The notes under the pieces: model-generated | Told to the model about the DNA's origin: nothing | The model's database searches: none | What the model saw: the letters and a program-made list of their open reading frames with translations, nothing else | Part shown: piece after piece, positions 7,698-16,540 of the stretch | Layout: each line of letters begins with the position of its first letter | Position numbering within the stretch: position 1 is the first letter of the stretch | Translations under genes and position numbers: made by a program | Source of the DNA: Microlunatus sp. | GTDB taxonomy: Bacteria; Actinomycetota; Actinomycetes; Propionibacteriales; Propionibacteriaceae | DNA length: 46,934 nt | Direction of reading: 5' to 3' | Assembly (NCBI GenBank): GCA_035719255.1 | Contig: DASTGF010000084.1 | Location: 1-46,934, forward strand

Positions 7698-9398
7698 TCA
7701 CCAGGACCGGGCGGCGCGCGCCTTCGCGCGCAGCGTGGCGGCGTCGTCCCGGCTGCCTCCATGCCCGATGAGCCAGGCGTCGATCTCGTCGCGCTGCTCG
7801 TGCGCCATCACCCCGACCACATCACCGGCCCGGGCCTGCGCGACCAGCCAGGCGCAACCGTCCACCTCCCCGCCGAACTCGGGGACGTCGTGGACCCCCG
7901 CGTGTGCCAGCCCGTCGGCGAGCAGGCCGGCGATCTGGTCGGCCGTGCGTCCCCGCAGGTATTCCGGCTTCTGCACGATCGCGACCACGTCCGCACCGAG
8001 GCCAGCCATCTCGCCGAGCCGAACGAACACGTCGTCGCCCCGATCGCCGGCCGTGCCGATGCCCAGGAGCAGCCGCCCGCCCTCGGGCCGGATCCCGTCG
8101 AGGATCTCCAGCAGTGCCTCCAGGCCCGCCTCGTTGTGAGCCAGGTCGATCACCACCGACGCATCGCCGCCGGGCACCGGGACGGTCCAGACGTTCATCC
8201 GGCCGGGATTCTCCGCCGGGGTGAAGGTCCGCAGACCGTCGGCTACCTGCTGTGCGCTGTAGCCGAGGGCGAGGGCAGCCGACGTCGCAGCCAGCGCGTT
8301 CTCGACGTTGACCCGGCTCAGTCCGGCGAGCGTCATCGGTACGTCGGCGACCTCGATCACCGGCAGTGGATCGTCCCCGGGGCGCAGCACGGCGATCCAG
8401 CCGTCCAGCACCGTGGTCACCCGACCACCGGCGTCGATCACGGCCCGCGCATTCGGTGAGCCGGGATCACGGGTGAACACCCAGATCTGCGCCTTGGTGC
8501 CGAGCCGCATGGCGAAGGTCCGCGGATCGTCGGCGTTCAGCACGCACCAGCCGGTAGGGCGGGTGATCTTGGTGATCACGGCCTTGACCTCGGCCAGCTG
8601 GTCGAGGGTGTCGATGCCGCCCAGGCCGAGATGATCGGCGGAGATGTTGGTGACCACCGAGACGTCGTTGCTGGCCACACCGACGCCACGACGCAGGATC
8701 CCGCCCCGGGCCGTTTCGGTGACGGCGAGCTCGATCCCCGGATGCGACAGCACCCGGCCGGCCCCGCTCGGTCCGGAGTAGTCGCCGGCCTCGACCAGCT
8801 CCCCGTTGACGTACACCCCGTCGGTGCTGGACCAGCCGACCGATGTCCCAGCGCGCCGCGCGATGTGGCCGATCATCCGCGACGTGGTGGTCTTGCCGTT
8901 GGTGCCGGTGATCGCCACCACCGGCACGGTCGGCCGGATCAGCTCCGGCCGCTCACCGCGCGGCGCCGCGGCCAGCAGCTGGCCGGCCTCGGCGACCAGC
9001 TCGTCCACCGGCTGGCCGGCCGCCAGCCCGTCGAGCACCAAGGCCACGGCGCGCGCCAGCGCCTGGGCCTTCCCGGAGTTCCGCCAGGGATAGGCGACCA
9101 CCAGCTCGCTCGTGGTCGGACCCGGTCGTGATCGCACCGCGAGACGGCTGACCCCGCCCGAGCGCGCGACGAAGCGCACCAGATGGGCGACCGCGCGCGC
9201 CACGAACCTCTGCCGGAACGCCGATCCCGGCGCTCCGGGCCGGGATCGGGTGAGGCCGACGCCCTCGGCGAAACGCCGCGCGTCCGCTTCCGGCAGATCG
9301 AGCAGAGCACTGAGGTCGAACGTCGCCTTGGCCGCCGGTCGGGGGAAGTAGAGGTTGGGCCCGTCCAGCAGCCGAACCTCGACCAGCGACCCAGCCAT
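7698..9398 (-). CDS. Cyanophycin synthetase paralogue lacking the ATP-grasp domain (N domain joined to Mur-ligase M domain)
   Basis: N-terminus EVRLLDGPNLY resembles CphA SRRVYRGPNVW; from about aa 160 VVAITGTNGKTTTSRM, ETARGGILRRG, DHLG, VLNADDP, NPGRMN, IDLAHN, GTAGDR; no ATP-grasp motifs. Confidence 0.85.
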   Translation of the reverse strand: MAGSLVEVRLLDGPNLYFPRPAAKATFDLSALLDLPEADARRFAEGVGLTRSRPGAPGSAFRQRFVARAVAHLVRFVARSGGVSRLAVRSRPGPTTSELVVAYPWRNSGKAQALARAVALVLDGLAAGQPVDELVAEAGQLLAAAPRGERPELIRPTVPVVAITGTNGKTTTSRMIGHIARRAGTSVGWSSTDGVYVNGELVEAGDYSGPSGAGRVLSHPGIELAVTETARGGILRRGVGVASNDVSVVTNISADHLGLGGIDTLDQLAEVKAVITKITRPTGWCVLNADDPRTFAMRLGTKAQIWVFTRDPGSPNARAVIDAGGRVTTVLDGWIAVLRPGDDPLPVIEVADVPMTLAGLSRVNVENALAATSAALALGYSAQQVADGLRTFTPAENPGRMNVWTVPVPGGDASVVIDLAHNEAGLEALLEILDGIRPEGGRLLLGIGTAGDRGDDVFVRLGEMAGLGADVVAIVQKPEYLRGRTADQIAGLLADGLAHAGVHDVPEFGGEVDGCAWLVAQARAGDVVGVMAHEQRDEIDAWLIGHGGSRDDAATLRAKARAARSW

Positions 9399-9408
9399 GG
9401 CGACCGGC

Positions 9409-10179
9409 TCAGGCGCCGGTGGAGTGCAGGCCGCCGTCGACGTGGATCATCTCGCCGGTGGTCTTGGGGAACCAGTCGCTGAGCAGCGCCACAACCGCCT
9501 TCGCCGTGGGCTCCATGTCCTTCGGGTCCCAGCCGATCGGCGCACGCTCCCCCCAGACCTGGTTGAACGAGTCCGCACCCCCGATCGCCTTCTTGGCCAG
9601 GGTCTCCAGCGGCCCGGCGGCGACGAGGTTGACCCGGATGCCCTCGGGACCGAGATAGCGGGCCAGATAGCGGCTGGTGCTCTCCAGCGCCGCCTTGGCC
9701 ACGCCCATCCAGTCGTAGACCGGCCAGGACACGGTCGCGTCGAAGGTCAGCCCCACCACCGACGCCTCACCGAAGATCAGGGGCTTGCAGGCCATGGTCA
9801 GCGATGCCAGCGAGTACGCCGACACCTGCAGCGCGGTCGAGACGTCGGACCACGGGGTGCTGAGGAACTTGCCACCCAGCGCGGTCTCGGGGTTGGCGAA
9901 CGCCAGTGAGTGCACCACGCCGTCGAGGGAGTCGACGTGCTCGCGCAATGCGTCGGCCAGGCCGGCCAGGTGATCTGGATCAGTCACGTCGAGCTCGAGC
10001 AGCGGCGGCACCGGGTCCAGCTTCTTGATCACCCGTCCGGTCAAGCTCATCGCGCGGCCGAAGTTGCTGACCACGACGACAGCTCCCTCCGCCTGGGCCA
10101 GCCGGGCGACGTGAAAGCCGATCGAGGTGTCCAAGGTGACCCCGGACACGAGGATCTTCTTGCCCTCCAGGATTCCCAC
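9409..10179 (-). CDS. fabI: Enoyl-ACP reductase (FabI/InhA type)
   Basis: GILEGKKILVSGV..SIGF, GLTFDA..WPVYDWMGVAKAALES, TTGEMIHVDGG; GTG 10179 after AAAGGA. Confidence 0.93.
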   Translation of the reverse strand: MGILEGKKILVSGVTLDTSIGFHVARLAQAEGAVVVVSNFGRAMSLTGRVIKKLDPVPPLLELDVTDPDHLAGLADALREHVDSLDGVVHSLAFANPETALGGKFLSTPWSDVSTALQVSAYSLASLTMACKPLIFGEASVVGLTFDATVSWPVYDWMGVAKAALESTSRYLARYLGPEGIRVNLVAAGPLETLAKKAIGGADSFNQVWGERAPIGWDPKDMEPTAKAVVALLSDWFPKTTGEMIHVDGGLHSTGA

Positions 10180-10287
10180 TGCGGTCCTTTCGTCTGGTGC
10201 GGTTACGTCGGGTGCGGATTTCGTCGAGTTCCAGCGCTCGTGTGCTCGCCCCACCGCATCCGGATGGGCTGCCGGCGGCGAACTCTC

Positions 10288-11058
10288 TCAGTGACCCATA
10301 CCGAGTCCGCCGTCCACCGGAATCACCGCTCCGGTGATGTAGGACGCCTCGTCGCTGATCAAGAAACCCACCGTCGCGGCGATGTCGTCCGTCGTGCCCA
10401 TCCGACCGACCGGGATCTGCTCGGAGTACTTCTTGACCAGGTCCTCGCCGAGCTCGGCGGTCATGTCGGTGACGATGAAGCCCGGGGCCACCACGTTGGC
10501 GGTGACGCCGCGGGAGCCCAGCTCGCGCGCCAGCGATCGCGCCATGCCGACCAGTCCCGCCTTGGACGAGGCGTAGTTGACCTGGCCGGCCGAGCCGAGC
10601 AGGCCGACGACCGAGGAGATGAAGATCAACCGGCCGAACCGGCCCCGCATCATCGCGCGGGTCGCCCGCTTGGCCACCCGGAACGCCCCGGTCAGATTCG
10701 TCGCGATCACCGAGTCCCAGTCCTCGTCACTCATCCGCAGGACGAGGGTGTCCCTGGTGATGCCGGCATTGGCCACCACCACCTCCACAGGGCCGAGAGC
10801 CTGCTCGACCTGGGTGAACGCGGCGTCGACCTGGGCGGCGTCGGTCACGTCACACTGCACGCCCAGCACTCCCGGCGGCACGTCTCCGCTGCGGTACGTG
10901 GCCGCCACGCGGTGGCCCGCCGCATGCAGCTGCTCGGCGATCGCCCGGCCGATGCCCTTGCTCCCGCCGGTGACCAGCACCGTACGCGCCGTGGTGGCCG
11001 GGGTGCGCGCCCCCGCTGCGGTGTCCGGTGCCGTCGTCGTCTCCGGTGTCGTCGTCAC
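10288..11058 (-). CDS. fabG: 3-oxoacyl-ACP reductase
   Basis: TGGSKGIG, NAGITRDTL, NYASSK, PGFIVTDMT, VDGGLGMGH; adjacent to fabI. Confidence 0.93.
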   Translation of the reverse strand: MTTTPETTTAPDTAAGARTPATTARTVLVTGGSKGIGRAIAEQLHAAGHRVAATYRSGDVPPGVLGVQCDVTDAAQVDAAFTQVEQALGPVEVVVANAGITRDTLVLRMSDEDWDSVIATNLTGAFRVAKRATRAMMRGRFGRLIFISSVVGLLGSAGQVNYASSKAGLVGMARSLARELGSRGVTANVVAPGFIVTDMTAELGEDLVKKYSEQIPVGRMGTTDDIAATVGFLISDEASYITGAVIPVDGGLGMGH

Positions 11059-11113
11059 GGGGTCAACCTACCGACCCGGGTTCAGCCCTGGCGAGCAGGC
11101 GTAAGGTGAAACG

Positions 11114-11518
11114 GTGACGGGCAGAAGCGGTCAGTCCGCGGCTCACTCGGCGTTCCCGGTGACCGTGATCACCGACGCGCACCCCGGGGCCAGTGAGGAG
11201 ATGTGGCGTCGGCAGAAGCGCTACATGATCACCATGGGTTTCCGAACCGCCTGTTTCGTCTGCATGCTCTTCGTTCCCGGCGTCTGGCGCTGGGTGCTGC
11301 TGGCCGGTGCCGTGCTGCTTCCCTACGTCGCAGTCGTGTTCGCCAACCAGGCGAACCGCAAGGGCCGGACCGACGGCTTCGTGGAGCTCGGCGAGCCGGA
11401 GGGTCGGTTGCAGCTCACCGCGTCCGACGAGCGGATCATTCCGGGCGAGCAGGATCTCCGGGGCGAGGTGGGCGAGGAGGACGAATCCTCCGGCGACGGC
11501 GGGCGGCGCGTCGCGTGA
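11114..11518 (+). CDS. DUF3099-like membrane protein
   Basis: ITDA...RQKRYMITMGFRTACF...LPYVAVVFAN; divergent from fabG, a usual position. Confidence 0.8.
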   Translation: MTGRSGQSAAHSAFPVTVITDAHPGASEEMWRRQKRYMITMGFRTACFVCMLFVPGVWRWVLLAGAVLLPYVAVVFANQANRKGRTDGFVELGEPEGRLQLTASDERIIPGEQDLRGEVGEEDESSGDGGRRVA

Positions 11519-11748
11519 CCCATGCGCCGGAGGGCGTCGATCCGCTGCCGGCCGGTCCGGACGGGCTGATCTGCTCGGCCAAGGGCTGCCGGACCGAGGC
11601 GGCTCTGGACCTGCGGTGGAACAACCCGAAGATCCATAGCGCCTCGCGGCGCAAGCACTGGCTGGCGTGCCGTGAGCACCAAGAGTCGCTGTCGGCCTTC
11701 CTCAGCGCGCGCGGCTTCCTGTGCGAGGTCGTACCGCTGCGGCCCTGA
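11515..11748 (+). CDS. Small conserved actinobacterial protein with putative Zn finger
   Basis: CSAKGC...WNNPKIH...HWLACREH...FLSARGF; GTGA overlap with the upstream stop (3' part of track ORF 11203..11748). Confidence 0.75.
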   Translation: MTHAPEGVDPLPAGPDGLICSAKGCRTEAALDLRWNNPKIHSASRRKHWLACREHQESLSAFLSARGFLCEVVPLRP

Positions 11749-11771
11749 AAGCCGCCGACGGGCGACGAGCC

Positions 11772-12851
11772 TCAGCCGCCGATGGCGGACATGGGCCGGT
11801 CGGGCTGGAGGAAGCTGGGGTCGTCGATCCCGTGTCCGGGACGCTTGCCGGCCACCGCCGCCAGCCAGCGGTCCGCGAGTTCATCGTCGGTCGCCCCCGC
11901 GCGGAGCGGACCCCGAAGATCGGACTCGGACCGGGCGAACAGGCAGTTGCGCAGCTGACCGTCGGCCGTCAGCCGGACCCGGTCGCAGGCGCCGCAGAAG
12001 GGTCGTGTGACCGAGGCGATGATGCCGACCCGGTGCTCGGTGCCTGCGACCCGGAACAGTTCGGCCGGAGCGCTCCCCCGGCGTCGGGCGTCACCCTCGT
12101 CCTCGACCAGCTCGACCTGCTCGGCCAGCCGGGCTCGGATCTCGTCGGCGGTCACCATCTCCGACCGCTGCCACGCGTGTTGGGCGTCCAGCGGCATCTG
12201 CTCGATGAACCGGAGCTGGACGCCTTCGGTCATCGCCCAGCGCAGCAGGTCGGGCGCCTCGTGGTCGTTCACGCCCCGCATCAGCACGGCGTTGATCTTC
12301 ACCGGCGCCAGGCCGGCCTCGCGAGCGGCCGCGACACCGGCCAGGACGTCGTGGAGCCGGTCCCGGCGGGACAACCGGACGAAGGTCTGCCGGTCGAGCG
12401 TGTCGAGCGAGATATTGATCCGGTCGAGACCGGCCACCGCCAACGCCTCGGCTCGGCGCGCCAGACCGATCCCGTTCGTCGTCAGCGCGATCGTCGGCCG
12501 CGGCCGCAGCGCGGCGATGCCCGCGACCAGCTGCTCCAACCCACGACGCAGCAGCGGCTCCCCACCGGTAAGCCGGACCGTCCGGATGCCGAGCAGCCCG
12601 ACCCCGATGTCGATCAACCGGAGGGTCTCGGCATCGTCGAGGAGTTCCTCCCGATCCAGCCAGGGCAGACCCTCGGCCGGCATGCAGTAGGTGCAGCGCA
12701 AGTTGCAGCGATCGGTCAGCGACACCCGAAGATCGGTCGCCACCCGACCGTACGCATCGGTGAGCGCCCGGGAACGTCCGATCGGCTCGCCCTCGGCTCG
12801 CTCACGGGCCAGCGCGGGGCGCAGGCGCGGGAACGGGAGGAGGGCGGTCAT
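11772..12851 (-). CDS. moaA: GTP 3',8-cyclase (radical SAM, Moco biosynthesis)
   Basis: LRVSLTDRCNLRCTYCMP, FCGACDRVRLTADG, C-terminal MSAIGG. Confidence 0.96.
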   Translation of the reverse strand: MTALLPFPRLRPALARERAEGEPIGRSRALTDAYGRVATDLRVSLTDRCNLRCTYCMPAEGLPWLDREELLDDAETLRLIDIGVGLLGIRTVRLTGGEPLLRRGLEQLVAGIAALRPRPTIALTTNGIGLARRAEALAVAGLDRINISLDTLDRQTFVRLSRRDRLHDVLAGVAAAREAGLAPVKINAVLMRGVNDHEAPDLLRWAMTEGVQLRFIEQMPLDAQHAWQRSEMVTADEIRARLAEQVELVEDEGDARRRGSAPAELFRVAGTEHRVGIIASVTRPFCGACDRVRLTADGQLRNCLFARSESDLRGPLRAGATDDELADRWLAAVAGKRPGHGIDDPSFLQPDRPMSAIGG

Positions 12852-12929
12852 TGCTCAACTGTAGGCGCCACCGGAGCTTTCGGACCCGCCGGCTGCGAAC
12901 CTCCGCCCGTCAAGGGGGGCGGGACCGGC

Positions 12930-13748
12930 TCAACGAATGACGCGACCGGGGTGGGTGTAGATGTTCATGCTCGCCCCGCGAACGAATCCGACCAGCGTCA
13001 ACCCGGCGGTCGCGGCCAGCTCGACCGCCAGCGAGCTCGGCGCGGAGACCGCGACCATGACCCCGATGCCGGCCAGCACGGCTTTCTGGGTGAGCTCGTA
13101 CGAGGCGCGCCCCGACACCACGAGCACCACGTCCCGCAGCGGCAGACGGTCGGCCTGCAGCGCCCAGCCGACGGCCTTGTCGACCGCGTTGTGCCGCCCG
13201 ACGTCCTCGCGCACGCAGAGCATGGTGCCGTCGGGGGCGAGCAGTCCGGCGGCGTGCAGCCCACCGGTCTGGGCGAAGGTGCGCTGCGCCTCGCGGAGTA
13301 GCTCCGGGCCGGCCTCCAGGAGGCTCCGCGGCACCGCAGCGGACGGCTCGAGCGCGTACCGGCTGCGGCGCTGGAGCTGCTCGATGCTGTCCGTCCCGCA
13401 GATCCCGCAGGCACTGGTGGTGATCACCGACCGGCTGCCGACCACGTCGGGGGTGGCGCCCTCGGCCAAGGAGACGTCGAGCACGTTGTAGGTGTTCCGG
13501 CCATCCTCGTCCGCACCCGCGCAGTAACGGGCCGTCCGCACATCGGCCGCCGAGGCGATCACCCCCTCGGAATGCAGCAGCCCGTGGACCAGCTCGATGT
13601 CGTGCCCGGGCGTGCGCATGGTGACCACGAAACGGCTTCCGTCGAGGCGGATCTCGAGCGGCTCCTCGACCGCGAGCGTGTCGATCCGACGGCGCGCCGA
13701 GTCGGGTCCCAGGTGCAGCACCGGGTGTCTCGTCGTCACACGCCCCAT
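12930..13748 (-). CDS. fdhD: Formate dehydrogenase accessory sulfurtransferase
   Basis: VEEPLEI, TMRTPG, SACGICG, TGGLHAA, REDVGRHNAVDK, AVSAPSSLA. Confidence 0.95.
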   Translation of the reverse strand: MGRVTTRHPVLHLGPDSARRRIDTLAVEEPLEIRLDGSRFVVTMRTPGHDIELVHGLLHSEGVIASAADVRTARYCAGADEDGRNTYNVLDVSLAEGATPDVVGSRSVITTSACGICGTDSIEQLQRRSRYALEPSAAVPRSLLEAGPELLREAQRTFAQTGGLHAAGLLAPDGTMLCVREDVGRHNAVDKAVGWALQADRLPLRDVVLVVSGRASYELTQKAVLAGIGVMVAVSAPSSLAVELAATAGLTLVGFVRGASMNIYTHPGRVIR

Positions 13749-13800
13749 AGGATCATCCTGTCAGCCTGGACCAAGGACACTGCGTGATCGGGAGTGACGG

Positions 13801-14058
13801 ATGGACGTCGACACCTGGCTCGAGCGGCTGTCGAGCGAACTCGGCGTCGCCGACCTCGAGCTCGACAACAACGCCAAGCACATCCTGCTCGACCTCGCCC
13901 GCGATGCCGCGCACGAGGTCGAACGCTTGGCGGCCCCGCTGAGCACCTTCCTGGTCGGCGTGGCCGTCGGGCGAGGCCAGTCGCTGGGCGCTGCGGCCGC
14001 CACCGCGACCACCCTGGCGCTCGGGGAGCGTGATGGCGACCCTGACCAAGCCTCCTGA
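13801..14058 (+). CDS. DUF6457-like small protein (Moco/MobA-associated)
   Basis: LLDLARDAAHEVERLAAPLSTFLVG; next to fdhD/moaA. Confidence 0.75.
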   Translation: MDVDTWLERLSSELGVADLELDNNAKHILLDLARDAAHEVERLAAPLSTFLVGVAVGRGQSLGAAAATATTLALGERDGDPDQAS

Positions 14059-14809
14059 GACACCTGAGCCCACCCTGAAACGGTTGTGGCTGCGCTGGGT
14101 GCTGCTGATCGTCTTCGTCGCCGTCCTGGGCACCGTGATGGTGAACCTGGGCCAGTGGCAGCTGGACCGGCTGCAGCAACGCAGGGAGCGCAATGCGACC
14201 ACAGTCGCCAACGAGAGCGCCCCGGTCAAGCCCTACGAGCAGGTCTTCACCCGACCGATCACCGACGCCGACACCTGGCAGCAGGTGCGGGCCACGGGCA
14301 CCTTCGACGCTGAGCACCAGTTCGTGGTTCGCTACCGCAGCAACGGCGACGCGAGCGGCTACGAGATCGTGACCCCGTTGCGAACCGCCACCGGTGCGGT
14401 CCTGGTCGACCGTGGATTCGTCCAGCTCCCCGGCGGACAGCAGATCCCGGCCGTGGCGCCATCACCGCCGAGCGGCGAAGTCACCGTGGTGGGCTACGTC
14501 CAGCGCAGTGAACAGGGCCGCTCCAGCGCCACGGTGCCCAACGGCAGCCAGATCCGGCTGATCAACGCACCGAAGCTGCAGGCCGCGATCCCCTATCCGA
14601 TCGCCGACGGCTACATCAGCGCAATCAGCACCGACCCGCCACAGGGCGAGGAGTTCAAGCCTCTCGCGCTGCCGGAGATCTCCGACGGACCGCACTTCTG
14701 GTACGCGGTGCAGTGGTTCATGTTCACCGGGATCGCGCTGGCGGGCATCGTCGTCTTCATCCGCGGCGACCTCCGCGACCGCCGCCGGGCGAGAGAGCAC
14801 GCTGTGTGA
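14033..14809 (+). CDS. SURF1 family cytochrome oxidase biogenesis protein
   Basis: LGQWQLDR, LVDRGFV, GPHFWYAVQWFMF; terminal TM helices. Confidence 0.9.
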   Translation: MATLTKPPETPEPTLKRLWLRWVLLIVFVAVLGTVMVNLGQWQLDRLQQRRERNATTVANESAPVKPYEQVFTRPITDADTWQQVRATGTFDAEHQFVVRYRSNGDASGYEIVTPLRTATGAVLVDRGFVQLPGGQQIPAVAPSPPSGEVTVVGYVQRSEQGRSSATVPNGSQIRLINAPKLQAAIPYPIADGYISAISTDPPQGEEFKPLALPEISDGPHFWYAVQWFMFTGIALAGIVVFIRGDLRDRRRAREHAV

Positions 14810-14819
14810 GGATCGGGCC

Positions 14820-15581
14820 ATGGATCTCGGCCTCACCGACCGCGTGTTCGTCGTCACCGCCGCCAGTAGCGGTCTGGGCCGGGCCTCGGCGGCCGCCCTG
14901 GTCGCCGAGGGGGCGCGGGTCGTGCTCGTCGCCCGCCGCGGCGACGCCCTGGAGACCGCGGTCGCCGAACTCGGGCGAGACGCCGCCACCTCGGTGGCCG
15001 CCGATCTTGCCGACGCCGGTACCGCCGCCGCGGCCTGTGACGCGGCCCTGACCCGCTGGGGACGTCTCGACGGCGCCCTGGTGAGCGTGGGCGGACCGCC
15101 GGCCGGATCGGTCCTGGACACCACCGACGACCAGTGGCGGGACGCGTACGACGCGGTCTTCCTGGCCGCCCTCCGCCTCACCCGGGAGGTCATCGCTCGC
15201 GGCACCGCCCCCGACCTGGCGCTGGCGTGGGTGCTGTCCACCTCGGTGAAGTCGCCGATCCCGGGCCTGGCCGCGTCCAACGGGCTCCGACCGGGACTGG
15301 GCATGTTGGTCAAGCAACTGGCCGATGAGCTCGGACCGCAGGGCAAGCGGGTGATCGGTCTGGCCCCGGGCCGGATCGAGACCGAACGGGTCCGGCACCT
15401 CGACTCACTCGCCGATGACCCGGACGCCGCCCGCGCCGCGTCGGAGGCCGCCATCCCGCTGCGCCGCTACGGCCGCCCCGAGGAGTTCGCCGCGGTCGCG
15501 GCGTTCGCGCTGTCACCGGCGGCGTCGTACCTCACCGGCTGCGTATTGCCGGTCGAGGGCGGCGCCCTGCGCACTCTTTGA
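14820..15581 (+). CDS. SDR family oxidoreductase
   Basis: MDLGLTDR..VTAASSGLG, SNGLR, PGRIETER, PLRRYGRPEEFA. Confidence 0.88.
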   Translation: MDLGLTDRVFVVTAASSGLGRASAAALVAEGARVVLVARRGDALETAVAELGRDAATSVAADLADAGTAAAACDAALTRWGRLDGALVSVGGPPAGSVLDTTDDQWRDAYDAVFLAALRLTREVIARGTAPDLALAWVLSTSVKSPIPGLAASNGLRPGLGMLVKQLADELGPQGKRVIGLAPGRIETERVRHLDSLADDPDAARAASEAAIPLRRYGRPEEFAAVAAFALSPAASYLTGCVLPVEGGALRTL

Positions 15582-15587
15582 CCCGCC

Positions 15588-15667
15588 CAGTCTCCGAGGT
15601 GGGCAGTCTCTGAGGTGGGCAGTCTGTGAGGTGGGCAGTCTGTGAGGTGGGCAGTCTTTGAGATGGG
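15588..15667 (+). repeat. Tandem repeat, 5 x 16 bp (consensus CAGTCTNTGAGGTGGG)
   Basis: Units start at 15588, 15604, 15620, 15636 and 15652; the last unit supplies the ATG (15663) of the next gene. Confidence 0.95.
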
Positions 15668-16523
15668 CGATCCAGCTGCGGCCCCGGTGGGCATCGCGAC
15701 GGTGGTCGACCTGCTCGCGTGCCCGAACTGCCGCAAGCCGCTGGCTCTCGGCGAGGACGGTCGTGGTGTGCGCTGCGAGCGCGGTCATCGCTTCGACCTC
15801 GCGCGGCAGGGCTATCTCAACTTGTCGGGCGGTCCCCAGCCGGCGAACGCCGACACCGCCTCGATGGTGGCCGCCCGAGAGCGGTTCCTGGCCCGCGGTG
15901 GGCTGGATCCGGTCCGCGATGCCGTGCTGCGGCTCGTCGGCGACGCACCCGGTCTGCGGGTGCTCGACGCCGGGGCGGGCACCGGCCGGCTCCTGGCCGC
16001 AGTCCTGAGTGCATCGCCGGGGCGCCGGGGCGTCGCTGTCGACGTGTCCACCGCGGCGGCCCGTCGAGCCGCTCGAGCGCATCCCGCGCTGGGGGCTGTC
16101 GTGGCCGATGTCTGGCACCGGCTGCCGCTGGCCGACCGGACCTTCGACGTCGTGCTGAGCAACTTCGCGCCGCGGAACCCGCCGGAGTTCGCCCGGGTGT
16201 TGGTCGCCGGCGGGCGGCTGGTGACGGTCACCCCGACCACGTCGCACCTGAGCGAGCTGCGAACGACGTACGGACTGCTCGGGATCGAACCCGCCAAGGC
16301 CGACCGCCTGCTGGAGACGCTCGGCGCATGGATGGTCCCCGAGATCACCGAGCGGGTCGAGCGGCGGTCCCGGTGGTCGACCGAGACGGTCCAGGACGCG
16401 ATCGCGATGGGTCCCAATGCATTCCACGATGCCGCCGGCCGGCCGGCCGCCGCGCCGGCCGACGTCACCATCTCCGTCGACCTCCGCTCGTGGCGTCTCC
16501 CTGACTCGGGGCGTCTCCCCTGA
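15663..16523 (+). CDS. RlmA-like 23S rRNA m1G methyltransferase
   Basis: Zn finger LACPNC...CERGHRFDLARQGYLNL; SAM motif VLDAGAGTG; NFAPRNPPEF. Confidence 0.8.
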   Translation: MGDPAAAPVGIATVVDLLACPNCRKPLALGEDGRGVRCERGHRFDLARQGYLNLSGGPQPANADTASMVAARERFLARGGLDPVRDAVLRLVGDAPGLRVLDAGAGTGRLLAAVLSASPGRRGVAVDVSTAAARRAARAHPALGAVVADVWHRLPLADRTFDVVLSNFAPRNPPEFARVLVAGGRLVTVTPTTSHLSELRTTYGLLGIEPAKADRLLETLGAWMVPEITERVERRSRWSTETVQDAIAMGPNAFHDAAGRPAAAPADVTISVDLRSWRLPDSGRLP

Positions 16524-16540
16524 CTCCTCCCCAGCCAGGC

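Noticed and set aside
7698-9398. Calling this gene murE/murF/folC or a cphA pseudogene
   Set aside because: Motifs match the neighbouring CphA, it has a CphA-like N-terminus, and the frame is intact with a domain-boundary deletion and substantial divergence
12852-12929. Moco riboswitch upstream of moaA
   Set aside because: The gap is only 78 bp, moaA appears leaderless, and only a short GC hairpin is visible
15588-15667. Possible CRISPR array
   Set aside because: Contiguous 16-bp units with no spacers and no cas genes
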